A stretch of DNA of 64,000 bases from Candidatus Fermentithermobacillaceae bacterium (GTDB taxonomy: Bacteria > Bacillota > Sulfobacillia > Fermentithermobacillales > Fermentithermobacillaceae): NCBI GenBank assembly GCA_018052475.1, contig JAGPNG010000003.1, positions 32,723 through 96,722 of the forward strand. The letters are read 5' to 3'. The notes beneath the pieces were generated by a model. The model was not told the origin of the DNA, made no database searches, and worked only from the letters and a program-made list of their open reading frames with translations. The position numbers and the translations under genes are program-made. Below, piece by piece: positions 47,768 through 56,444 of this stretch (within the stretch, counting starts at the first letter, position 1; every line of letters starts with the position of its first letter).

Positions 47768-48631
47768 TCATGGTTCGTAAAAATAAGACCCGCTGCACAC
47801 CGCTACGGCTGGCCCAGTCTGCCACACGTGACCATCTTCTTTCCACTCTACCAGAAGCACGCCTCCTGGTAAACTGACTTTAATCGGGGTGCCCTTTTCT
47901 GCCTTGCCATTTAGGATCGTAGCGACCACCGAAGCCGAAGATCCCGTGCCAGATGCGAGCGTTATCCCCGAACCCCTTTCCCATATGCGCATGTCAATGG
48001 CGTCACGTGACTTTACCGCAACAAACTCTATATTTGCCCGTTCAGGGAATATAGGGTGATTCTCCAGGGCCGGACCAATCCGCTCAAGATCAATGTCATG
48101 AACATCATCGCAGAAAAAAACGCAGTGCGGATTTCCCATTGATACACAAGTTCCGTAGAACACTTGGCCTTCAAACTCGATAGGCTCGTTTACCGCCGGC
48201 TCCGGTCCTTCTAATCTGGCGAGAGGGATGTCGGATCTCTTTAGTCTGGGTTCTCCCATATCAACCGAGACTAATTCTACCTGTCCATCTTTCACCGTAA
48301 GATAAGGCCTTATTAATCCAGCTTTTGTTTCAACAACCAGTTCAACCTTGTCTGTTAGTCTATTCTCGTACACATATTTAGCAAAACATCTAATGCCGTT
48401 ACCGCACATTTCCCCCTCCAAACCATCCGCGTTGAACATTCGCATCCTGAAATCCGCTATATCGGATGGCTCAATTGTAATCAGCCCGTCTGAGCCTACT
48501 CCAAAGTGCCGGTCGGCAATTGCCCGGGTCAACGTGCTCCAATCCTCGTCTTCCTTGTAAGAAAACCTATCCACATAAAGATAATCATTGCCAAGCCCAT
48601 GCATTTTCGTAAACGGAATACTTCTGGTCAC
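47768..48631 (-). CDS. dapF: diaminopimelate epimerase-like protein (second catalytic Cys replaced by Ser)
   Basis: FTKMHGLGNDY, CGNGIRCF (first catalytic Cys) and SMGNPHCV are present. The ACG(T/S)GAC position reads ASGTGSS. Confidence 0.8.
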   Translation of the reverse strand: MTRSIPFTKMHGLGNDYLYVDRFSYKEDEDWSTLTRAIADRHFGVGSDGLITIEPSDIADFRMRMFNADGLEGEMCGNGIRCFAKYVYENRLTDKVELVVETKAGLIRPYLTVKDGQVELVSVDMGEPRLKRSDIPLARLEGPEPAVNEPIEFEGQVFYGTCVSMGNPHCVFFCDDVHDIDLERIGPALENHPIFPERANIEFVAVKSRDAIDMRIWERGSGITLASGTGSSASVVATILNGKAEKGTPIKVSLPGGVLLVEWKEDGHVWQTGPAVAVCSGSYFYEP

Positions 48632-48855
48632 ACTCAGTCCCCCTCACGCACAAACATGTGGTACAAAAAGAGCACGAATGGCTCTTGAGATGGTATTTGG
48701 TAAATGACAACAAAAATCCTTCTTTAACATCAACTATCCGTTTCTTTTGACACCTCCTACTCAACTCGAGAATAGTATTGTGATAGCCTTTAAGTGTTAT
48801 CATGTGCATAGGAGAAAGCCATCAATTACGTTTTTTTCAAGGAGGTAGGAAATTC

Positions 48856-49752
48856 GTGAAGCGCAAGAAACTAGTGGAATGCGTACCGAATTTCAGTGAA
48901 GGTAGAGACGCTTCAGTCATAAAAGCAATCTTGAAAGCGATCGAAGCCTCAGGGTGTAAAGTGCTCGATTGGTCTATGGATCCAAGCCATAACCGAGCAG
49001 TTGTAACGTTTGTTGGAAGCCCTGAACAAGTGGAACAAGGTGCGTTTAATGCCACGAAAACAGCTAGTGAACTTATCGATATGGAAAAACATCACGGAGA
49101 ACACCCGAGAATCGGTGCTACAGACGTGATACCCTTTGTACCTATCCATGGTGTGAGTATGGAGGAATGTGTCGAAATAGCAAAAAGACTTGGCAAGAGA
49201 ATTGGCGAAGAACTCTCGATTCCCGTCTACCTCTACGCCAAGGCTGCAACCCGGCCGGATAGAGTACGTCTGCCCGATGTAAGAAAGGGTGAATATGAAG
49301 GGTTGAAAGAAGCAATCAAGTCTGATCCTGACAAAAAGCCTGATTTTGGACCCGCAAAACTCCACCCCAAAGCCGGCGCAACTGCTGTGGGGGCGAGACC
49401 GCCTCTCATCGCATTCAACGTCAATTTAAATACCGATGACGTAAAAGTCGCCCGTACTATCGCGAGGCATATAAGAGAATCCTCTGGCGGACTCCCAGCC
49501 GTCCAGGCAAAGGGTGTAATGATCGAAGAACTCGGACTTGCACAGGTGACTATGAATCTTCTGGATTACAAAACCACTCCCATGCACGTGGTTATGACAG
49601 AGATCGAAAAAGAGGCCTCGGAAAAAGGAATTGAGATCGTCAACTCCGAGATCATTGGTCTAGTGCCTTTAGATGCTCTTCTCGACACTGCTTATGCGAG
49701 ACTCAAACTAGAGGGTTTTCAAAGAGAACGCATTTTAGATCTAATTGTGTAG
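48856..49752 (+). CDS. glutamate formimidoyltransferase (FtcD N-terminal-type)
   Basis: VECVPNFSEGRD signature. GTG at 48856 after AAGGAGGT. Confidence 0.88.
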   Translation: MKRKKLVECVPNFSEGRDASVIKAILKAIEASGCKVLDWSMDPSHNRAVVTFVGSPEQVEQGAFNATKTASELIDMEKHHGEHPRIGATDVIPFVPIHGVSMEECVEIAKRLGKRIGEELSIPVYLYAKAATRPDRVRLPDVRKGEYEGLKEAIKSDPDKKPDFGPAKLHPKAGATAVGARPPLIAFNVNLNTDDVKVARTIARHIRESSGGLPAVQAKGVMIEELGLAQVTMNLLDYKTTPMHVVMTEIEKEASEKGIEIVNSEIIGLVPLDALLDTAYARLKLEGFQRERILDLIV

Positions 49753-49815
49753 TGTTTCCTTTCAAACTGTAAGACTGCTATGCTTTGACATGACATCGAA
49801 TTGGAGTGAGCGGCT

Positions 49816-50430
49816 TTGAGTTTAGAACAATTCTTAGAAGAATTACGTGCGCCACAAGGTGCACCAGGGGGCGGCGCCGCGTCTGCTATGGCAGGTGCCA
49901 TGGGCTGTGCCCTCTTTCAGATGGTTGCGGGCGTAACCGCATCTTTGCCTCGGTTTGCAGAAAACAAAGACAAGTTAGAGCAGATCCATAGCAGATCGGA
50001 AAATCTATACTTCTCTCTTCTGGCATTGACCGAAAAAGACACAAATGCATACAAGCAGGTAGAATCCGCTTTGAAAATGCCGAAGAACACATCGGAAGAA
50101 AAAACTGCCAGGCGACAGGCAATGCAATGTGCATTTCGCACTGCAACAGAAATTCCACTTCAAGTTGTTGCAGCTTCACTCGAGGCTATGTCTCTTGTGC
50201 CCGATTTGCTCAAATACGGTAACCCCAACGCCATAACCGACGTATGCGTGGGGGTTTTCCTGCTAGAGACCGCGGTACGCGGTGCGTCTGTAAACGCCAA
50301 AATCAACCTTGCGTCAATCAAAGATGAGGAATTCAAGAGCCAGTGCAGTGAAAAACTAAAAAGCGCAGAGAACGATCTGTCCAAATACATGGAACAGTTA
50401 AAGCACGCCATGGAACAAGCAGGACTATAG
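49816..50430 (+). CDS. formimidoyltetrahydrofolate cyclodeaminase-family protein
   Basis: PGGGAASAMAGAMG motif, all-helical, about 200 aa, adjacent to the formimidoyltransferase. Confidence 0.82.
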   Translation: MSLEQFLEELRAPQGAPGGGAASAMAGAMGCALFQMVAGVTASLPRFAENKDKLEQIHSRSENLYFSLLALTEKDTNAYKQVESALKMPKNTSEEKTARRQAMQCAFRTATEIPLQVVAASLEAMSLVPDLLKYGNPNAITDVCVGVFLLETAVRGASVNAKINLASIKDEEFKSQCSEKLKSAENDLSKYMEQLKHAMEQAGL

Positions 50431-50442
50431 TCTTATCGCAAA

Positions 50443-50505
50443 GCAAGGGGGACGGTACTTTCTGCTTCAGTTTCTTGGTGAAGCAGAAAGTACCGTCCCC
50501 CTTGC
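50443..50505. terminator. 27-bp perfect hairpin between convergent genes
   Basis: GCAAGGGGGACGGTACTTTCTGCTTCA (50443-50469), a 9-nt loop, then the exact reverse complement (50479-50505). It abuts the decarboxylase stop codon at 50507. Confidence 0.6.
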
Positions 50506-50506
50506 C

Positions 50507-51994
50507 TCATTTGATACAGTATATGCATCCTCGTTGGATTGCCCTGCCTACTAAGTTAAGACCGATTTCTTGGGCCTTCAGAATATAATCTATAACCTCA
50601 CTGCCAATAACTTCTCCGGGAACTATCAAAGGCGAGCCCGGAGGGTAAATCACTATAGTATCTGCTGAGACGCGGCCGCGACTGCTCATTATGTCTACGG
50701 GTTCTGACTCGGACAGAAAGGACTCTCTTAGGCTCTGTGCTTTTATCGGTCTCGGGGGCGCCCCCAGAGTAGTCATAACGCTATGCTGTTGTGTGTCTCC
50801 ATGTCTCGCATACAGGACAGACAGGTCCTCGAAACCATCAGCTACCAGTTCCATTTCCGCTCTTTCGTCCGCACCGGTTACAATCATTACCAAATACGAA
50901 GGCCCAGCCATCTCGCAGACAATAGATCTCTCCTCCGCTAGGTAACGAGCGGCTTCTGGACCTGTAATGTTAAGTTCTCTCAAATCTACTAATATTCTCG
51001 ATGGATCATGAAAGACCCCAGGAGGCATTGCCGGTCCAAGGTGACCCGGGGCCTTGATGTGGGGAAGTCTTGCTAAACATTCGGTGAGCCCCAGTGCTAA
51101 GTCGATTCCCCTTTTCACCCAAGCCGACTCATCTCGTTCCAGAACGTCAATCGCCTGTTCCAAAGAAGACAAAAGAAGATACGAAGGCGACGTGCTTTGC
51201 ACGCTCCTAAGGGCCTCTTCAACTGACGACACCATTTCCGGAAATCTATTCCCCGCTCCACTCGATACATGAAGCAGGCCCGTCTGAGTAAACGCTGTCG
51301 TAGTCTTGTGGGTACCATGTATCACAATATCCGCACCACATTTGAGTGCCGACTGTGGCAACCTGCTGTCGAATCCAAAATGTGTGCCATGAGCCTCGTC
51401 AACGATGAGCATAGCTCCTAAGGAATGCGTAACCTCAGCCATTTCAGTCAGGTCTCTCGCAAACCCACAATAGGTAGGGTTCATGTCAAATACAGCCTTG
51501 ACTTCGCCTCTGTCCACACTACAATGGCTCAATTTCAAGACTTCTGATACGTCATCTTTGGCAATAGGCAGATAGCCTCCAAAGTCCTCGCAATACTGAG
51601 GCCATACCCATATCGGCTCAAATCCGGACATAACCATAGCAGAAATGGCAGATTTGTGAGTGCTTCGCGGAACAATGACCTTCCCCGGTCCCAAAACCAT
51701 ACGTGCTGCCAGAAAGGAAGCCTGGACGCCACAGCTAGCTCCATTTACCAAGAAGTAAGACCTCAATGATCCAAAAACGCGTTGAGCCTTTTCTTCGCTT
51801 CGCAGAATACAACCTGACGGATAATGAAGATTATCTAGTCCCGGACATTCAGTAACATCGAACAATCTACACCCGTCTAGGGCTTGGCGAGCAGGTTTGC
51901 CTTTGTGTCCGGGCATATGCATCCTTATCGGCTTCCGGGCGACATACTTGCACAAGGAGTCAACTATACCGCCTACATCATGGTCTACATCCAA
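50507..51994 (-). CDS. Orn/Lys/Arg decarboxylase family PLP enzyme (Bacillus SpeA/YaaO type)
   Basis: MHMPGHKG N-terminal motif and the PLP-lysine region HGTHKTT. Confidence 0.85.
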   Translation of the reverse strand: MDVDHDVGGIVDSLCKYVARKPIRMHMPGHKGKPARQALDGCRLFDVTECPGLDNLHYPSGCILRSEEKAQRVFGSLRSYFLVNGASCGVQASFLAARMVLGPGKVIVPRSTHKSAISAMVMSGFEPIWVWPQYCEDFGGYLPIAKDDVSEVLKLSHCSVDRGEVKAVFDMNPTYCGFARDLTEMAEVTHSLGAMLIVDEAHGTHFGFDSRLPQSALKCGADIVIHGTHKTTTAFTQTGLLHVSSGAGNRFPEMVSSVEEALRSVQSTSPSYLLLSSLEQAIDVLERDESAWVKRGIDLALGLTECLARLPHIKAPGHLGPAMPPGVFHDPSRILVDLRELNITGPEAARYLAEERSIVCEMAGPSYLVMIVTGADERAEMELVADGFEDLSVLYARHGDTQQHSVMTTLGAPPRPIKAQSLRESFLSESEPVDIMSSRGRVSADTIVIYPPGSPLIVPGEVIGSEVIDYILKAQEIGLNLVGRAIQRGCIYCIK

Positions 51995-52003
51995 TCTCCT
52001 TAC

Positions 52004-53674
52004 CTACTTTCCAGACGCGCTCATCTCCCCGCCACACGTTTCATCTCCAGGAACCGGAGCCGATAGGGGCAGCACCAGCACTGATGGGTTGTCGCCACCG
52101 TAGTATACGGTTTGAACTGCTTTCTCCATTTCTCTACTCTGGAAAAGCGGCATCTTCGTGTTGTGGTTCCTGTCAAACTTGGGGAAATTTGAGCTGCTTA
52201 TAGTCAAACGTATAGAATGCCCTTGGGCAAACGTGTGGGCACACGCCTTCATCGGAATTATAAACTGATTAGTCTTGCCCAGTTCCAAAAGTTCTTCTTT
52301 GTCCACTCCATTTCGGTATCTGCCCCTCACTATTCCATCTGACACGTATCTTGAAACTCCGTTCGAATCCACGTCAAACAAACCGGCCACAAAATCAGTA
52401 TCCGGAGCACTGGACGAAGCATAAAGCGTCACCCTTGGATTACCCAATATCTTAAGTGGCTCTTCAAGTGGTCCGTAATCGTAGACCAATACGTCCGGTC
52501 TTTCGAATATCGACGAGACGCTTGGACCAGGTTGCAAACCTGCCTTGGGGAAGGCCCAGACAGCTCCACCCTCGGTTAGTACAGGGTCATTGGGATCGTA
52601 CACAAAGTCATCCGAACTCCCTTTTGCTCCCACCATATCTACGTGCTTTGAGAGGGTTCCCTTACCCAGATACATAATGAGGCCGTCCTCAGAGTCTGGC
52701 CATTCCTTTCTTTCCTCCCAATGTGCGTTGCTCCCTGTAACAAAAACTCTGACAGGGGCCATGGATGAAAGATCCCCATCGCCTCTTATCCAGAGATTCA
52801 ACCACCTAACGCTCTCCTCTATAAATCTTGAAGAGACGTCTGCAGAAACCCCTGACCTGCCAGGATCCCCATAGGAAATATCACCCGAGATCTTTTCGTT
52901 TCCCACTACTCCGTTGTGACTCCAAGGACCAAGGATTAACCTTTGGGGCACACCGGACTTTCTCATCTCACGATAGGGCTCTAGGGTGCTGTCAAGGAGA
53001 AAATCAAACCAACCGCCAAAGTGCAACCCCGGAATTGCAATCTTCCTCACATAATCCCATAGGTCGTTTTCTTGCCAAAATCGAGAACTCGGTCCTCCCT
53101 CGAGCATCTCTGACCACAGACAGCCCAACCCTTCAGGTACTGCTTCGATAAGAGGAGTTTTCTTGTACATTTCAGTATCAAATGAGCGTAACGAGGTATT
53201 CTTCCGCCAGGGCAAAGAGTACACCCAAGGTAAGGTATGGTGCAATCTTAGAGCGCCGCATTGAAAACAGAGCATCTCACTGCATGTAGGAACTGTTACC
53301 CATACAGCGCATTTGGTTTCCTTAGGAAACTCCACTCCAATGGCGATGGACGCAGCAGACAAGTAAGAGATGCCTAAGATAGCGAGATTCCCGTCACACC
53401 ATGGCTGGTTAAGCACCCACTTTGCCGTATCAATTGCGTCTCTAGGTTCTTGCCGAATGAACCCGAATACTCCGGATGAATCACCGCTGCCGCGAACATC
53501 CTGAATAACAGTGGCGTAATCATATCGAGACATTATTCTCCCTAGAATTGCCAGACCCTCGCGACCATATACAGTACGGATTATAATCACAGGGTATGAG
53601 CCAGAACCCGGCGCAGTCACACTAGTGGCAAGCAAGGTTCCGTCTCCTGTTTCAACTGAACATTCAGTGTTCAT
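52004..53674 (-). CDS. CocE/NonD family alpha/beta hydrolase (S15 X-Pro dipeptidyl-peptidase-like)
   Basis: PVIIIRTVYGRE, the nucleophile elbow GISYLS, and a C-terminal GHSIRLTISSSNFPKFDRNHNT jelly-roll motif. Confidence 0.82.
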   Translation of the reverse strand: MNTECSVETGDGTLLATSVTAPGSGSYPVIIIRTVYGREGLAILGRIMSRYDYATVIQDVRGSGDSSGVFGFIRQEPRDAIDTAKWVLNQPWCDGNLAILGISYLSAASIAIGVEFPKETKCAVWVTVPTCSEMLCFQCGALRLHHTLPWVYSLPWRKNTSLRSFDTEMYKKTPLIEAVPEGLGCLWSEMLEGGPSSRFWQENDLWDYVRKIAIPGLHFGGWFDFLLDSTLEPYREMRKSGVPQRLILGPWSHNGVVGNEKISGDISYGDPGRSGVSADVSSRFIEESVRWLNLWIRGDGDLSSMAPVRVFVTGSNAHWEERKEWPDSEDGLIMYLGKGTLSKHVDMVGAKGSSDDFVYDPNDPVLTEGGAVWAFPKAGLQPGPSVSSIFERPDVLVYDYGPLEEPLKILGNPRVTLYASSSAPDTDFVAGLFDVDSNGVSRYVSDGIVRGRYRNGVDKEELLELGKTNQFIIPMKACAHTFAQGHSIRLTISSSNFPKFDRNHNTKMPLFQSREMEKAVQTVYYGGDNPSVLVLPLSAPVPGDETCGGEMSASGK

Positions 53675-53676
53675 CG

Positions 53677-54603
53677 TTACTGATCCTTCTTGGTTAATCC
53701 CCCAACCATGCCAATGATGTCCATGGGAAGGGGAATGGGAAACACTATAGTCGAGTTTTGTTCTGAAGCAATTTCAGATAATGTATGCAAGAAACGCAAC
53801 TGCACAGAAACAGGGGCCTGCGCCATAATTCGAGCTGCTTCGGCTAGTTTTTCTGAAGCTTGGAGTTCTCCTTCAGCAGCGATTACTTGAGCCCGCCTAT
53901 CCCTTTCTGCTTCCGCCTGCCTCGCCATTGCCCGCTTCATGCTGTCCGGAAGCTCGATAGATTTCATCTCTACCATAGATATTCGTATCCCCCAAGGGTC
54001 AGTTGCCTCGTCTAGCAGTCGCCTCAAGATCTCATTCAATTCTGATCTTTTGCTCAAAAGCTCATCAAGCTCATGCTGCCCTAAAATGGACCTGAGGGTA
54101 GTCTGCCCAAGGAGACTAGTAGTTTTTACATAATCGGCTACTTGCGTAACTGCCAAGATAGAATCGAACACGTTGAAATAGACTACAGCATCGACGACAA
54201 CAGGCACGTTATCCTTCGTTATCACTTCTTGCTTCGGCACGTCGATTGTGAAAGTTCTTATGTCGACTATCTTAATCTGGTCGATACCAAACGGCGCTAT
54301 TACCGTAATCCCGGCTTCAAGAACACCTTTTAATTTGCCAAGTCTGAAGGCCACTCCTCTTGTGTATTCACGGATCACCCTGTACGAAGTAAGCATGATC
54401 ACAATCAATATGAGCGAGCACACAGATCCTATAGTAGGAAACCAAATAGACACAAGGAATGTAAGCGCACCCATCGCTCCATGAATAAGCGCAACAAAGG
54501 AATCCTTCCTCTTGACTGCAAGACTTATGGTAGCAATCCACATCACGAAAGCAACCACTATAGGGATATAAACCAAAACCAGACCCCAATCCACATTACT
54601 CAC
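53677..54603 (-). CDS. SPFH/band-7 (stomatin/slipin) protein with about 3 N-terminal TM helices
   Basis: REYTRGVAFRLGKL, an SPFH core, and a coiled-coil MARQAEAERDRRAQVIAAEGE. Confidence 0.88.
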   Translation of the reverse strand: MSNVDWGLVLVYIPIVVAFVMWIATISLAVKRKDSFVALIHGAMGALTFLVSIWFPTIGSVCSLILIVIMLTSYRVIREYTRGVAFRLGKLKGVLEAGITVIAPFGIDQIKIVDIRTFTIDVPKQEVITKDNVPVVVDAVVYFNVFDSILAVTQVADYVKTTSLLGQTTLRSILGQHELDELLSKRSELNEILRRLLDEATDPWGIRISMVEMKSIELPDSMKRAMARQAEAERDRRAQVIAAEGELQASEKLAEAARIMAQAPVSVQLRFLHTLSEIASEQNSTIVFPIPLPMDIIGMVGGLTKKDQ

Positions 54604-54651
54604 CCCTCATGAGGTAGTCTTAGGAACTTGGACACACCGACTCAGGATATT

Positions 54652-56325
54652 CTACCTGTTTGCACTTACAGCCCGTTTCTTGCTTGTGCGCATAAAGACA
54701 ACAATTACAATCGCTGCGACGATCACAAGGATTACTGTAAGCAAGATGCCCGAACCAGCCTCTTCCAGCGGCAGCGTAACCTCTGCTTTATACTTGTCTT
54801 TGTTCTTTCCGATGAAAGTAAATGTGTAAGTACCGGGTTCGCTTTGGACACTTACCAACAAAACATCGGGCGCTTCGCTTGATGACTTCAACACAAAGGG
54901 CGTTGATATCCCACCGTTGTAGGATAGAACAACACTCCTAAAATTCGCGCTGTTTACATTCACATTCTGACCGTCTGCCACCAGCCTGAGTTTGTAATAA
55001 CCGTCCTTAGTTCTTCCTTCAGATACCAAGTCTGCAGAAACTGGTATAGGTGCATAGATCTCATCGATTTCGTCCTCGTCCTTGTAAATTATATACGCCG
55101 CACTTTTGACCCAGGCATCAAAGAACTGGTCAGCCCTGTACTCACGCCGCACTGTTTCATTATCAGGAGCAGCGGGATCATTGACTATAACGTACTCAAC
55201 CCCATCTTTCCACGTAAAGCCCCTAACTAACACAAGATGGCCTTCGGTAGAGTCAATGGGAACTCCCTCGACGGGAGGCATATCCCCAGGTATGCTCGGA
55301 TTCTTGTATCTTACGCTCACAATCACCGGCCTGTCCAATGCGATCTGCTGTTTGACATAGTGCCAGGGGTCAGAACCTTCCTCCGGAACAACATAGTCTA
55401 CATAGGAGACGAATCCGTAGCTAGCGGCTGCTGCAACATTGAACGCCCAGTTACCAAATATCCCTGCTTCATCGTCATACACGCCCCACGCCGCCTCTTC
55501 CGGCGAAATGTCTATACCATAGTAACTAAGAAGCATAGACACAGACGTAGGACTACAGATCGAGTTTGCGATCTTGTAATCTCGTACCATCTGGGAATAG
55601 CAAGGGACATCCAGATCCTTCTCGAATTTAGCTAAGTCATCTGCGTCATCGGGGTACTTTTTCGTAATTGCCTGCCCTGGGAGCGTATTCTTTAGGGTAG
55701 ATGCAACTAACCTCACTTTTGGCGTGGTGCCCTGATTTTCTCGAGGGTTGTCTGCGGCATGCAGACAAAGACGGTACTGAAATGCATTAGCGGTTTCTCC
55801 GCTTTGCCCTTTTACTATAAGCTCGTCTATGGACACCATTGCTAATGGGTGGTCGGTTTCGTCATCTCCGCCCGAGCCCGGCAAAGTTTTTCGATCGTTA
55901 ACTGTAAAAGCAGAAGTGCTCCACCTGCCCCACGATAACCAATCTGTCCATTCATCACCGACTCTCACCTTACCTTCAATTTCGATGTACGATGACTGAG
56001 GGGTGTCTGCATTCCATGATAAGACCATGTATTCGAAAGGCTTTGTTTCTACCACCGGCGACACGTATGTACCCAAAGAAGCACCGTCCTGTAACACGAT
56101 TGCTCCATTGCCACTATCTATCACCAGAGTCCCGTCCGTTTCCCCTTTCTCGAAATCATCTACGGTTGTAAAGATAAACAGATTGTCTTGTGACGATTCA
56201 GATTCCCCAGTGGCCTCCGGATTCGCCTGTGCCGCAGCAGTCGGCAACCCTGCTAGAGGAAGGCTCTGCAGTACCACAGCAAAAACAATAGCAAGTCCGA
56301 TCACCATTACGAGATTTCTTCCCAC
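54652..56325 (-). CDS. secreted, C-terminally membrane-anchored peptidase C39-like (papain-fold) domain protein
   Basis: Signal peptide ending AAAQA. Cys motif NSICSPTSVSMLLSYYG, His EGHLVLVRG and VNDPAAP. C-terminal TM helix plus KKR. GTG at 56325, 6 nt after GGAGAGGTG; the longest ORF starts at 56391. Confidence 0.7.
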   Translation of the reverse strand: MGRNLVMVIGLAIVFAVVLQSLPLAGLPTAAAQANPEATGESESSQDNLFIFTTVDDFEKGETDGTLVIDSGNGAIVLQDGASLGTYVSPVVETKPFEYMVLSWNADTPQSSYIEIEGKVRVGDEWTDWLSWGRWSTSAFTVNDRKTLPGSGGDDETDHPLAMVSIDELIVKGQSGETANAFQYRLCLHAADNPRENQGTTPKVRLVASTLKNTLPGQAITKKYPDDADDLAKFEKDLDVPCYSQMVRDYKIANSICSPTSVSMLLSYYGIDISPEEAAWGVYDDEAGIFGNWAFNVAAAASYGFVSYVDYVVPEEGSDPWHYVKQQIALDRPVIVSVRYKNPSIPGDMPPVEGVPIDSTEGHLVLVRGFTWKDGVEYVIVNDPAAPDNETVRREYRADQFFDAWVKSAAYIIYKDEDEIDEIYAPIPVSADLVSEGRTKDGYYKLRLVADGQNVNVNSANFRSVVLSYNGGISTPFVLKSSSEAPDVLLVSVQSEPGTYTFTFIGKNKDKYKAEVTLPLEEAGSGILLTVILVIVAAIVIVVFMRTSKKRAVSANR

Positions 56326-56444
56326 AATAAACACCTCTCCATTGAAATCTATTGCGATGAACATACTGCACACCCCAAAAGGTAGGTGCAACGGGGTTTG
56401 CCCTAGTCATGGAACGGAAACATATAGTTCGAAGATATGTAACT

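Noticed and set aside
48632-48855. Looked for a lysine (L-box) riboswitch upstream of the dapF-like gene.
   Set aside because: No L-box conserved segments were recognised. Only a short AAGAGC/GCTCTT hairpin is present.
50443-50505. The 27-bp inverted repeat as termini of a miniature mobile element.
   Set aside because: The arms are separated by only 9 nt. There is no internal cargo, no flanking direct repeats and no second copy seen in the window. It is kept only as an unusual hairpin.
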